The position numbers and the translations under genes were made by a program. From Octopus bimaculoides (taxonomy: Eukaryota), in NCBI RefSeq assembly GCF_001194135.2, contig NC_069006.1, forward strand, positions 11,465,802-11,507,785: DNA of 41,984 nt, read 5' to 3'. The first letter of the stretch is position 1, and each line of letters starts with the position of its first letter. The notes below the pieces were generated by a model. It was not told the DNA's origin, ran no database searches, and saw only the letters and a program-made list of their open reading frames with translations. Of this stretch, positions 1-11,336 are shown one piece after another.

Positions 1-322
1 ACTAGGCTTATAAAGAATAAGTCCTGGGCTCGACTAAAAGGCAGTGCTCCAGCATGGCTGCAGTCAAATGACTGAAACAAGTCAAAGAATATACATACAA
101 ATACATATATCTTTTTATTCTTTTACTTGTTTCAGTTATTTGACTGTGGCCATGTTGGAGCACCACCTTAAAGGGTTTTAGTCGCTCCCAGGACTTATTC
201 TTTGTAAGCCTAGTACTTATTCTATAGGTCCCTTTTGCTGAATCGCTAAGTTACAGAGACCTAAACACACCAGCACAGGTTGTCAAGCGATGATAGGGGG
301 ACAAACACAGACACACACACAT

Positions 323-650
323 AGATGCAGGTGAAGCTGTATTGTAAGAAGTTTGCTTCCCTACCACATGGTTCTGGGTTCAATCCCACTGCATGGCATC
401 TACTTTAGCCTTGGGCCAACCAAAGCATTGTGATTGCATTTGGTAGATGGAAACTGAAAGGAGCCTGTCATATATATGTGTGTGTGTCTTTATCCTCCAC
501 CACCGCTTGACAACTGGTGTTGGTATGTTTATGTCCTTATAACTTATGAGTTCTGTGAAACAGACCAATAGAATAAGCACCAAGCTTAAAAGAGGAAGTA
601 AGTACTGGGGTTGATTTGCGTGACTAAAATGCCTAAGTTTAAGGGACCAT
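323..650 (+). mobile_element. tRNA-derived MIR/CORE-like SINE family A (representative copy)
   Basis: Head ggctgtgtggt.aagaag.ttgcttcc...ggttca.tccca, internal (TG)n, tail cagtcaaatgactgaaacaagtaaaaga. Other copies at about 1-90, 112-315(-), 2290-2500(-), 2870-3050, 5590-5960, 6765-7095, 13600-13720(-), 15255-15430, 17125-17290, 18290-18465, 24990-25140(-), 29070-29460 and 38960-39180(-). Confidence 0.75.
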
Positions 651-747
651 GGGAGAGAAATAACCAGGTACATCCTCTAACCCTTTTTGATATCAATGTA
701 CCTGAGACCACCTCTGGTTCTAAGATATTAAAACTATCCTGGTTTAA

Positions 748-957
748 CCTTTTAACATTTAAACCAGCCCAAATATTCTATTTATTTTATGTTTAAAATT
801 GCCGGGTCCAGCCTCTCATACCTGTCCTACAATGTCATTCTAAAAATAAGCAATTACATAATCGAAATCTTGAAGTTAAAAGATAATCCATGATTAATTC
901 AAGGTAATAGGAATGAATATCCAGCCTATTCGACAGAGTAATCTGAATGCTAAAGGT
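748..957. mobile_element. piggyBac-type MITE
   Basis: TTAA at 744-747 and 958-961. Termini ccttttaacatt / aatgctaaaggt are imperfect CCCTTTAGCATT-type TIRs. Confidence 0.7.
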
Positions 958-1252
958 TTAAGTAAGAAACAGGAGAGAAAAATACCCAAGTATATCCTCT
1001 TGAATGGAACTGAAGAGGAATTAAACAGCAACAACAGCAGCAGAAGCAGTAGTAGTAGCAGATGCAACCACAGCAGCAGCAGTTACAACAACAACTTCTT
1101 GTATACTATGTGGAGTTTCTCTCTCTCTCTCTCTCTCTACATGATAATGAAAGACTTTCAACAGAAGCTGCCAGTTTTAGATTTTAGATATGAATGTTAA
1201 TGCATTTGGAGAGGATTGTCTATATCAAAGGGAGTATTTTGTGTCAAGGAAT

Positions 1253-1394
1253 TTAATACCATTCAGTAGTAGATAGTGGCACAAACAGATGTACGAAGGT
1301 TGTGGGAATGGTAGTTAGCAGAGTGTGTGACTTCTCAACAACACTTTCTATAAGTACATTAATCATAACTGGTGTGATTAACAGTCTGCACTCT
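1253..1394 (-). CDS. Terminal coding exon of the unidentified gene: (K)ECRLLITPVMINVLIESVVEKSHTLLTTIPTTFVHLFVPLSTTEWY*
   Basis: Acceptor ttttttttttcaagtttatttag|A, phase 2, open to TAA at 1253-1255. Corresponds to the 3' part of ORF 1253..1495. Confidence 0.62.
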
Positions 1395-1584
1395 CTAAAT
1401 AAACTTGAAAAAAAAAAAGAAACCTCAAAATACACACAATGAAAAAGACTTTTCTTAATTTTGGAGGTAATTCTGTTACCTAGGCAACTAATCAATTTTT
1501 CGTTGGTTTCTTTTTTTTTTTTTTATACTGGCTGATTTTGGAGAAAAGGGCCATACACATAACCAATGTTTGTTTCTAAGCTGC

Positions 1585-1830
1585 TGATAGAGCTGGACAG
1601 CCTTAGCTCAGCAGTAAACTTTAAAATGAACCATATGAAAACGTAATATATGAGGGATGACAACATCACATAAGATTGAATAGAAGTGGAAAGCAATGAA
1701 ATGCAGGAGGTAAGTGAGTATGTTTACTGGGGGAACATAGTGAATATACACCAAGACATGGATAGCATCCATGTCTCAAGAAATCTCAAGGAGAATAAGA
1801 GCAGGATGGAAGGTGTTTGCTTGTGCAAAG
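1585..1830 (+). mobile_element. RTE-type LINE reverse-transcriptase fragment (decayed)
   Basis: Frame reads ...FKMNHMKT*YMR...IEVESNEMQEVSEYVYWGNIV and, after a shift, RRIRAGWKVF; this matches the RT C-terminal EYVYLG...RRIR.GW.AF motif. Confidence 0.65.
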
Positions 1831-3059
1831 TGAACACGTTTTACGACTAGCACACATCATTATTTAATGTCTCGTTTCTGTATCTCCATGGGCTGGATGG
1901 TTTGACAGGATCAGATAGGTCAGGAGACTGTCATGGACCAATTTCATCATCATCATCATCGTCGTTTAACGTCCGCTTTCCATGCTAGCATGGGTTGGAC
2001 GATTTGACTGAGGACTGGTGGACCATGAGGCGACACCAGGCTCCAATCTGATTTGGCAGAGTTTCTACAGCTGGATGCCCTTCCTAACGCCAACCACTCT
2101 GAGATTGTAGTGGGTGCTTTTACGTGCCACCGGCACAAGGGCTAGTCAGGCGGGTACTGGCAACGACCACACTCAAAATGGTGTATTTTATGTGCCACCT
2201 GCATGGGAGCCAATCCATCGGCACTGGCAACGATCTCGCTCGGATGTATCTGCTTTGGTATGGTTTCTATGCCCTTCCTAATACTAATGTTAAGTTATTA
2301 AAATCCTTTAAAATTTTTACCCTCTTAAAAGTTATTTTGGACTGCAGTCATACAATGACATCACCTTATAGGGTTTTAGTTCATCAAGTTGACCCCGGGA
2401 CTTATTTTTGAGGACTTTGGTACTTATTCTATCAGTCTCTGTTTTGCTGAACTGTTAAGTAATGGAGATGTAAACAAACAAACACACACACAACATGTCA
2501 ATCAAATATCGGGAGATTGATTTAATCAATGAAACCCCTTTCTCTACCATAAAATAGCTGGCTTTGTGTCTAAGTCAACAGTTATCAGCCTACTAACTAA
2601 TTGATTGCTCGATTAATCATTTGATCAATCCATCAACTAGTTGGCTTGTCCAAGTTCTTTTGTTGTTATTCATGACTTCATTGCATGACATGGCCTCTTT
2701 ACTCCAAATATATTGCTGTGAGAGACAGGAGCCTGAAGGCTGCATATTAAATCATCATAAAATTTATTTTCATTAATATGACTCAATCAATAGAAATTCA
2801 AAATCAGATAAAATACATCAAATGGGAAAGGAAGTCAAGTTAGAAAGTCTCATCCAAGATGAAAATATATAGGTGCATGTATGGCCACATGCATGGAAGT
2901 TTGCTTTCTAATCACATGGATATGGTTTCCATTTCACTTCATGGCAACTAGGTCAAGTGTCTTCTGCTACAATCTTGAAGTGACCAAAACCTGGGATTAC
3001 AATAGGAAACCAAAGCCTTGTGAGTGGATTTGGTAGACAGAAATGGGAATAAAGCACAG

Positions 3060-3330
3060 TCTATCTGTTTGTCTTCATCTATTTATCTATCTATCTGTCT
3101 GTATGTCTGTCAATCACTCTATCTATCTATCTCTGTCTCTATCTATCAGTCTGCCTGTCCATCAATCAATCAATCTATCTATCTATTTGTCTGTCTGTCT
3201 ATCTATCTCTGCCTGTCTGTCTGTCTCTCTCTCTCTCTATCTATCTATCTATCAATCTATATCTCTGTCTGTCTGTCTCTCTGTCTATCTATATCCATGT
3301 CTATCTATCTATCTATCTATCTATCTGTCA
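3060..3330. repeat. Compound (CTAT)n/(CTGT)n microsatellite
   Basis: Directly visible; explains ORFs 3024..3341 and 3043..3603. Confidence 0.95.
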
Positions 3331-3336
3331 ACTCAC

Positions 3337-3385
3337 TTTAAATACTTGGAAACACTATGGAGTGTCACTATTTGGAGTTGGATGA
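3337..3385 (-). CDS. Small internal exon of the same unidentified gene: (V)IQLQIVTLHSVSKYL(K)
   Basis: Acceptor tttctttttttttcccag|TC, donor TTAAA|gtgagt, 49 nt, phase 1 to 2. Bridges the phases of the 4177-4288 and 1253-1394 exons exactly. Confidence 0.65.
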
Positions 3386-3492
3386 CTGGGAAAAAAAAGA
3401 AATTTACTCTGACCAATGCAAGCATGGAAAAGTGGATGTTGAATGATAATTATGAAAGCAAAATGGATATTGGTAAGGTCATTCCTCTAAAT

Positions 3493-3715
3493 CAGTGGTT
3501 CTCAACCAGGATCCATAGAAGATTTTGCTGTCAAAATTTATCTGCAATAAATTGGTTATACATCTGCAATACACAAAATAGTGTTTTGTTGTACAATTTC
3601 TAATAATATTTAAATATAAAAAATATAATATGTTTTTTTTTTTTAAATACTGAGGGTCCATCCAAGGGAAATAAAGATCAGAGGGGTCCATAAGTAAAAA
3701 AGGAAAGCAAGTCAT
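3493..3715 (+). mobile_element. hAT/Charlie-type MITE, right end degenerate
   Basis: Starts CAGTGGTTCTCAACC, a typical hAT-Charlie terminus; internal gggtccat repeats. Confidence 0.55.
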
Positions 3716-4017
3716 CAAATCAATACTGGATGTCATTGGCTGGAAATTAACGTAGAGGGCATGTTTGTGCCGGTGGTTTAGCATGTCCAGGTAGCTTGGT
3801 CCAAATATGAAATTGCTGGCCAGACAACACCCTACTTGTATGTAGGTTTCAGGTTCAATTCCAGAGTGAAATAACCTGCTGTATCAAGTCATCCCTTTTG
3901 TGTCAATATATAAAGTTTCAGTTAAATGATACACTGGGATTGATAACACTTCCCTCTCTCTCTTTCTGTTTCCATCTATCTGACTCTCTCTCTCTCTTTC
4001 TGTTTCTCTGTGTCTGC

Positions 4018-4052
<35 letters not shown>

Positions 4053-4176
4053 AACCTGCTACACTGAAGGGGTCAAGAAAGTGGGGTTTACATTACAGTC
4101 CACCACCCACTTCCCAGAATGGCAGCCCTCTGGAATTCCCTTCCTGCTCATGTCTTCCATGCAGTTGCTGACTTAC

Positions 4177-4288
4177 CAAGTTCAAAATAAACATTCACAA
4201 CATCAATCTGATTAGTCTGGGAGAGCATCTGGAGGAGGTCACGGGCATTGCTCCTCCTTTCAGACTCAGCAACTAACCCCACCACCAC
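4177..4288 (-). CDS. Internal exon of an unidentified gene: VVVGLVAESERRSNARDLLQMLSQTNQIDVVNVYFEL(V)
   Basis: Acceptor gttttttttgccag|GTG, donor CTTG|gtaagt, 112 nt, phase 0 to 1. Non-repetitive sequence within ORF 4148..4366. Confidence 0.7.
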
Positions 4289-6270
4289 CTGGCAAAAAAA
4301 AACAACAACAACAAAAACGTGTGTCTCAATTGTATTTTGTATTCCAATATACGAAGTGAACGACACTTAAAAGTCCAACGTGGAAAGGTTGATGTTACTG
4401 TAATAAATAAAAAAAAGTGTGAATAGATCCATTAAATATCACCCCAGGGTTCATAAGGTTGGAGCTAAAATCTGGTTTCCATGGCATCTGAGTGACTGAG
4501 GTTACAACACTCCCCGACCGAAAGGGATACTGGTCCTTTGCAGGGTTAACTTCCCAGCTACTGTAGGAACTTATTTTGAGATGAATGGAGTGGAACAACA
4601 TGAAATGAAATGTTTTGATCAAGAATACAATACACTACCAGGTCCTAGGATTGAAACCATGATCTTATGATTTTGAGGACATTGCACTAACCATGAGATT
4701 ACATAATATTCCATAAAGGCAAGGTGGTGAGCTGGCAGAATGGTTACGGCTTCAGAAAAAGTGCCCACCAGTTTTTTTTCTGACTTAACCTTCTGAGTTC
4801 AAATGCTGCTGGGGATGAGCTTGCCTTTTATCCTTTTGGGGTTGATAGATAAATACCAGTTGAGCGTTGGGGTTGATGTGGTCGACTTACATTCTCTTCC
4901 ACAGTTGCTGGCTTTGTGCCAAAATTTGAAACCTACATTACATGAAGGCTATGTGCCTTCGTGTAACATGATATTTGTATTTGTACATATGAATTGAAAT
5001 ATATCATCATCATCATCATTTTAGTATAGCGAAGGTGTGTGGCCTACTAGACAAATATATTCATATAGACATACGCACATACACAGGCATACACACATAT
5101 ATGTGTGGGGGTGGATCTATATAAATATGTCTGTCTGATAAGCCACATGCCTTCACTGTATCATCCCATACTACAGAAAAAAAAAACAGAGAAGGAGTTT
5201 CTACATGGTTACTCAAACTGGCAACCAATAAGAGCTATAAATCTCTCACCTCTCAAACCACATTGCACTGGCTTCATAAAAAATGGAAAGAACATGTCGG
5301 ATAATAAGAGTGGTTACAGATGGAGCATCTTATTCATGGAGAAGTGGTGTGGGATTCAATAACAAACACCTTTACTAAATAAGAGTTGTGGCAGGTGTTG
5401 AATGAAGTAAGGCCAACTGTAATTAATCCAGGAGTTGCGTGAATAAATGAACAGCATTGCAACTGGTTGGACAGAAAGTTTCATCTCTTGGCTTTTTGCT
5501 GTTCAAAATGTCAACAGTGTAAACAAGCTGAGAGGTGAAGAGGTTACTGGAGTGCAGGTTTCTAACTGAAAGAAAAAGAAGAAAAGATTTTTGAATAATG
5601 CGGGTATGGATGTGTGGTTAACACTATTACTTTACAACCATGTCGATTCAGGTTCAATCTTATTGCAGGGCACTTTGAGCAAGTGTTATCTAATATAGCA
5701 CTGGGCTGACCAATGTCTTGTGAGGGAATTTGGTAGATGGAAACTGCATAGAAGCCTGTCATACATGTGTGTGTGTGTGTGTCCTTGAGTTTGTCTCCTA
5801 CCATCACTTCACAACCAGTGTTGCTTTGTTTATGCCCCCATCACTTAGAATAGGTACCAGACATAAAACAACAAGTATAATGGTTGATTTGTTTGATGAA
5901 ATTCTTCAAGGTGGTGCTCCAGTGTGGCCACAGTCGAATGACTGAATCAGATAAAAGATAAACAGTTTGGTTTGATCCTCAAAAGACCTGCAAAGAAAAA
6001 ACAAAACAAAACAAATAAAAAAGGTCCAGCAGGGTCCTAATTTCAGACATGATTAAATACATACAGATTTATTCTTAAGCCATGCTGTCTTGATCCTCGA
6101 GATTATAGAAACACGGATGTGATGAGGAGGGGGCAAAGGCCAGGGGAGAGGTGGGAGCAATGAGAGGAGGGAACAGCTGTTGACTAAATCTCCCTTATCC
6201 CTCCCCACCTGCCTGCTTATGGATTAATAAATAACTACAGCTAAAATACCACAAGTTCATCACGCAATGT

Positions 6271-6742
6271 CACCACCAGAACTACTACCACCACCACCAC
6301 CACTACCACAGCAAACACCACAACCACAACTACCACCACCACAGCTACTACCACCACCACAACCACAACTACCACCACCACCACAACCACCACCACCGCA
6401 AACACCACAACCACAACCCCCNNNNNNNNNNNNNNNNNNNNNNNNNNNNNNNNNNNNNNNNNNNNNNNNNNNNNNNNNNNNNNNNNNNNNNNNNNNNNNN
6501 NNNNNNNNNNNNNNNNNNNNNNNNNNNNNNNNNNNNNNNNNNNNNNNNNNNNNNNNNNNNNNNNNNNNNNNNNNNNNNNNNNNNNNNNNNNNNNNNNNNN
6601 NNCACCACAACCACAACTACCACCACCACCACAACCACCACCACCGCAAACACCACAACCACAACCCCCACCACCGCAAACACCACAACCACAACTACCA
6701 CCACCACCACCACCACAACTGTCACTGCCATGACCACTACCA
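6271..6742. repeat. (CCA)n/(CAA)n trinucleotide-derived repeat spanning N gap 6422-6602
   Basis: caccacaaccacaactaccaccacc units on both sides of the gap. Confidence 0.95.
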
Positions 6743-7249
6743 TAACTGATCGAATTTTAGCCATAGGTGCAAGCATGGCTGTGTGGTTAAGAAGCTTGCT
6801 ATGTGACTATTTCCTTTCAGGTTCAGTCCCACTATGCAGCACCTTGAGCAAATGTCCTCTACTCTAGCCCCCGCTTGACCAATGCCTTGTGAGTGAATTC
6901 GGTATAGAGTAACTGTGGTGGGGGAGGAGCTCATCATACACACACACACACACACACACACATACTTAGCAGTTCAGCATGAGAGACCGACAGAATAAGT
7001 ACCAGGCTTACAAAGAATGGGTCAATTTCTTTGAGTAAAAGGCGGTGCTCCAGCATGGCCACAGTCAAATGACTGAAACAAGTAAAGAATAAAGAAATAT
7101 CTATATGTAAGAATAATATAACACCAAGGATGGAGAATATCAGGTTTTAATAGAAGACCACAACATTTGTTTCTGCACAGCAATCCAAATGTGGTCGCTT
7201 AAGAGCCCTTAAATGCATGTTTCAAGGCATTTACTCCAGTTATACTAAA

Positions 7250-7605
7250 TGTGTGTGTGTATGTGCGCGCTTGTATGTGTGTGCGTGCTTGTGTATCTGT
7301 GTGCTTGTGTGTCTGTGTGTGCATGTTTGTGTTTGTGTGTGTCTGTGTGTGTGTGTGTGTGCTTGTTTGTGTTTGTGTGTGTGTGTGTGTGTGCTTGTGT
7401 CTGGGTGCTTGTGTTTGTGTGTGTCTATGTGCTTGTGTGTGTGTGTGTGTTTGTTTGTGTGTGCTTGTGTGTGTGTATGCTTGTGTTTATGTGTTTGCTT
7501 ATATTTGTGTGTGTGTGTCTGTGTGCTGGTGTTTGTGGTGTGCTTGTGTATGTGTGCCTCTGTGTGCGTGTGCTTGAGTTTGTGTGTATACATATACGTA
7601 CATAC

Positions 7606-7645
<40 letters not shown>
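7250..7645. repeat. Degenerate (TG)n tract followed by (TA)n
   Basis: Directly visible; source of the Cys/Val-rich and His/Thr-rich spurious ORFs. Confidence 0.95.
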
Positions 7646-7647
<2 letters not shown>

Positions 7648-7969
7648 TGAGAATGCATTTGGCTTAGTGGTTAGGGTGTTCCACTTACAATTGCAAGATC
7701 GTCGTTTTGTTTCGATTCCCAGCCCAGGTGGTGTGTTGTGTTCTTGAGCAAAGCACTTCATTTCACATTGCTCCAGTCCACTCATCTGCAAACGAGTGAC
7801 TCTGCGATGAACTTGGTGTCCTCTGCTCAGGGAGAGTGTTGCGATTTTGGTTATTAATACCCCATCGAAACCAGGTGATCAGCCTTATGAGTCCCAGAAC
7901 TCAAGATAATACTTACTATATAGATGTGTGTGTGTGTGTAAGTACGGTAATACCCACTTTTTGAGGACC

Positions 7970-8514
7970 CACGTTACGAGACCCTGGGTTTACAAGTTTT
8001 ATTTTTCAAGCAAAAGATCCAAATTTTGAACCAAGTGCAAAAGTTTCTTCTACCGTAACAAATGCTTCTGTGTGTTACTGAGAAATCTATAGAGAGCAAA
8101 AAGAAGCTTCTTCTAAGCAAACAACTCTAAACTTGTTTTTTAAAAAGACATCTACAAGTCTGTCTATGAGTGCTTGTGAATCAGCGATTGCGTCTACAAG
8201 TGATGGTGTGCGCGAGTCTAGTGCGAGGGAAAGTGATTCAGAAAACGATTATAATAATAATAATAATAATATTTTTCATTATAAATGATTTTGACATTCT
8301 TTTTATATAAAATATTCTTTACATTCTGCTGTAGTTTTATTGCCATTTATTTACGAATGTTATAAATTTTATGGGTAAAATATTTTTCTGGGAATGAATT
8401 AACGATTTATATATAACATTGTTATTATGGGAAATTATTGCTCTGCTTTACAAGTTTTCACTTTATGAGCAATCTCTGGGGAAAAAAATTAACTCATATA
8501 TCGAGGCACTACTG
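7970..8514 (+). mobile_element. Tigger-type element 3' fragment
   Basis: Residual peptide CY.EIYREQKEASSKQTTLNLFFKK resembles Tigger C-termini. Right TIR ...aactcatatatcgaggcactactg followed by TA. Confidence 0.7.
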
Positions 8515-9144
8515 TATGTGTGTGTGTGTGTGTGTTGATGTGTGTGTATGTTGATGTGTGTCCCTTGCTATTGTATGACAACTGTTGTTGGTATCTCTGT
8601 AACTTAGTAGTTTGGCAAAAGAGGCAAATAGGATAAGTACCAGAACTAAAAGTTTTTCTTTCTCTTATTTTGGCCCTAGGCCAGCATTTTGATGGGAGGG
8701 GGAAAAGTCAAGAACATCAACCCCAGAGTTCAAATGAAACTTATTTTTTATCAACCATGAAAGAATGAAAGGCAAAGTCGATCTCAGTGACATTTGAACT
8801 CAGAATGTAAAACCAAAAGAGATGTTGCTAAGCATTTTCTTTGGTATCAGTTGTGTCAGCTCATTGCTGTGCTCTAGTATGGCCACTGTCCGATGACTGA
8901 AACAAATGAAAGAGAAAAGATAAAGTTAAAAGAGTAATCCTCAAACAACAACAGCAGCAGCAGCAGCAGCTGCCACTGGACCACAAAACTACTTGTTTCA
9001 TAAAGCAACAATGATGATGAAGGGGGCAGGCCATCAAGTACCCAGGTAGCAAAGCTTGTTGAACATAAATGCCACGAAGTAATAGTTACAAATGTATTAC
9101 CATCATTGTCATAGAGTTATGATCAGCTCTGTCATGTGACTTTT

Positions 9145-9689
9145 AGAGGCCCCTTGCAACTTTTTGTTTCGAGGCCCCAATCCCTTCAATCAAAATTCAT
9201 AATCTACGCACCTTTTATTCATAGCTATATTTTACTTTATTCTATCTGAAGTTCAGTGTTTCACATTATCCTACAGAACATCTTTAAAAGTACAACATTT
9301 AAATTTATTTAGGTCTCTATTACAAATTTCAGTAAATAAAACTTCCAGATATAAATAAAAGAGCAGTTTTATAATCCAGGCAACTTTCAAAGACAAACAC
9401 AGCATTCTTTTCGCTTTGTGAAATCATTGATTAGTTCAGAATAATCAAGCTGAGAGCTAAGATATCATAGATATTATAGACAATCCACAAAGTCTGGTAC
9501 ACATTCATGGTACAATGTATTACCATTTTATTTCTTGAAATTTTCAGTTAACATAGTTTAATTCTTGTTCAACATCTTAACCAAAGTAAATAGATGACTC
9601 ATCTACGTACTTTGATCTTAACATGGGGCCCCTCAACTGCGGAGGCCCCCTGCGACTGCAGGGGTTACAGGGGCTTAGTGATGGCCCTG
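9145..9689 (-). mobile_element. hAT-like non-autonomous element fragment
   Basis: GC-rich terminus CAGGGCCATCACTAAGCCCC on the minus strand at 9689; gaggcccc subterminal motifs at both ends with an AT-rich interior. Confidence 0.5.
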
Positions 9690-10321
9690 GTTATGACCAT
9701 TAAAGTGGCTGTCATATAGTTATGATCATTATATATATCTGTGATATGCTGGCAAGATGACATAATTATTGAAGAGTTGGAAATAATGCCAAGAAGCATT
9801 TTATCTGATGTGCTAACAAGTCTGCTGGATTGCTGCCTTTAATAATAATAGTAAATATAATCCTTTCCATTATAGGCAAAAAGCCTTAAATTTGGGGGGA
9901 AGGGGCTTGTTGATATCAGTAAGCCCAGTACTTGACTGGTCCTTATTTTATCAACCTAGAAAGGATGAAAGGAGTCACCCTTGGCAGAATTTGAACTCGA
10001 AATGTACAGATGGATGAAATGCCACTTAACTGTTTGCTTCACAATCTAACAATTTTGCCAGCTCACTGCATGAAAAATAATAATAATGGTAATAATAATA
10101 ATAATCCTTTCTAGTATAGGCACAAGGCCTGACATTTGTGGGGAGGGGACAAGTCAATTACATCGACTCCAGTGTTTCACTGGTACTTAATTTATCGATC
10201 CCAAAAGGATGAAAGGCAAATTTGACCTCAGCGGAATTTGAACTCAGAATGCAATGACAAACAAAATACTGCTAAGTATTTTGCCCCAGCACACCAACAA
10301 TTCTGCCAGCTTGCCACCTTA

Positions 10322-10353
<32 letters not shown>

Positions 10354-10370
10354 TGATAATAATAATAATA

Positions 10371-10546
10371 GTCAAGGAATTTGACAAACTAAGTAAATAT
10401 AAAGACCTGAAAATTGAAATACAAAAGATGTGACATCTTAAAATGAGAACTGTTCTTGTTATTGTAGGTGCCCTAGGTATGATAAAAAAAGGGATGTCAG
10501 AAACATCTAGATAAGATCCCAGGAGAACCATGTCTCAGAGAAATTA
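10371..10546 (+). mobile_element. RLE-type (R4/Dong/NeSL-like) LINE C-terminal endonuclease fragment
   Basis: KEFDKLSKYKDLKIEIQKM*HLKMRTVLVIVGALGMIKKG matches the K..KY.DL..EI..MW...T.V.PV..GALG motif; directly preceded by (AAT)n. Confidence 0.75.
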
Positions 10547-10895
10547 ATGTTCTGAGTAGGCCCATTCACACAAGCCATCCTCGCCACATTCACTTACCTT
10601 TCAATATTTCAAGGCATTTCTAAGTATAGTAATAACTTAAAGCAAACAAAGGTGACTCTAGGTGCTGCTGAAATAGCAGTTAAATTTCTCTCAAGTGACA
10701 TCCTACAATCTTAAAAAGAAGGAAGGACTCATAAAATCATGTACTCCTCAATATGCTAGGTCTGAATATAATATGGGATAGGCATGGTTGGGAGTTTATA
10801 ATGTACTCCTAGGTGGTCAAAGCTGTAATGTTTTAAATCAATGGTCTGTGTAGTCAGGACTGACCTAGGGCTAAACGAAAACAAGAAAGTACATA

Positions 10896-11336
10896 CAGGT
10901 TCTCGTTGACTTATGACCACAACTGGATCCGACTGCTGATTGTAAGTCAGCTTATAGGCTTACACAGCTTTGTTTCATATTTTGACATTCTTAAGGTAGA
11001 TTCTCAGGTGAAAGTCACACACAGCATTCTGTATTATACTATTATACTGGCATTACTAAAAAATTTTGCAGTCTCAAGCAGTCGTCTTATAAACAAATAT
11101 GCGGTTGCCCCAATGTCTCCGTGACAGGATAGTCATCCAAGACAGTGGTGATCGATAACCAAACCCAGGGGAAGCGTTTGTTAGCTGACATCATCCGTAG
11201 ATGGGTTAATTTAGATTTCAACTGGATTATTTATTATTGCTGCTAGGAACTGGCATGTCAATCATTGTAAAGTCAATCAATCATTGTAAAGTCAATCAAT
11301 CATAAGTCAGATAGGTTATAAGTCGATGATGACCTG
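10896..11336. mobile_element. Tigger/Tc1-mariner-type MITE with TA target-site duplication
   Basis: Imperfect 23-bp TIRs caggttctcgttgacttatgacc / ggttataagtcgatgatgacctg, with TA on both flanks. Confidence 0.8.

Noticed and set aside
913-1200. 95-aa ORF with Ser/Asn runs
   Set aside because: Composed of a MITE end plus (CAG)/(CAA)/(CT) microsatellites, antisense to the probable 3' UTR of the unidentified gene.
2701-2737. 37-nt phase 1-to-2 candidate exon (AFRLLSLTAIYLE) for the unidentified gene
   Set aside because: Weak polypyrimidine tract and donor; 3337-3385 gives the same phase bridge with much stronger signals.
6260-6776. Poly-Pro/His/Gly ORFs
   Set aside because: Translations of a (CCA)n-type repeat read through an N gap.
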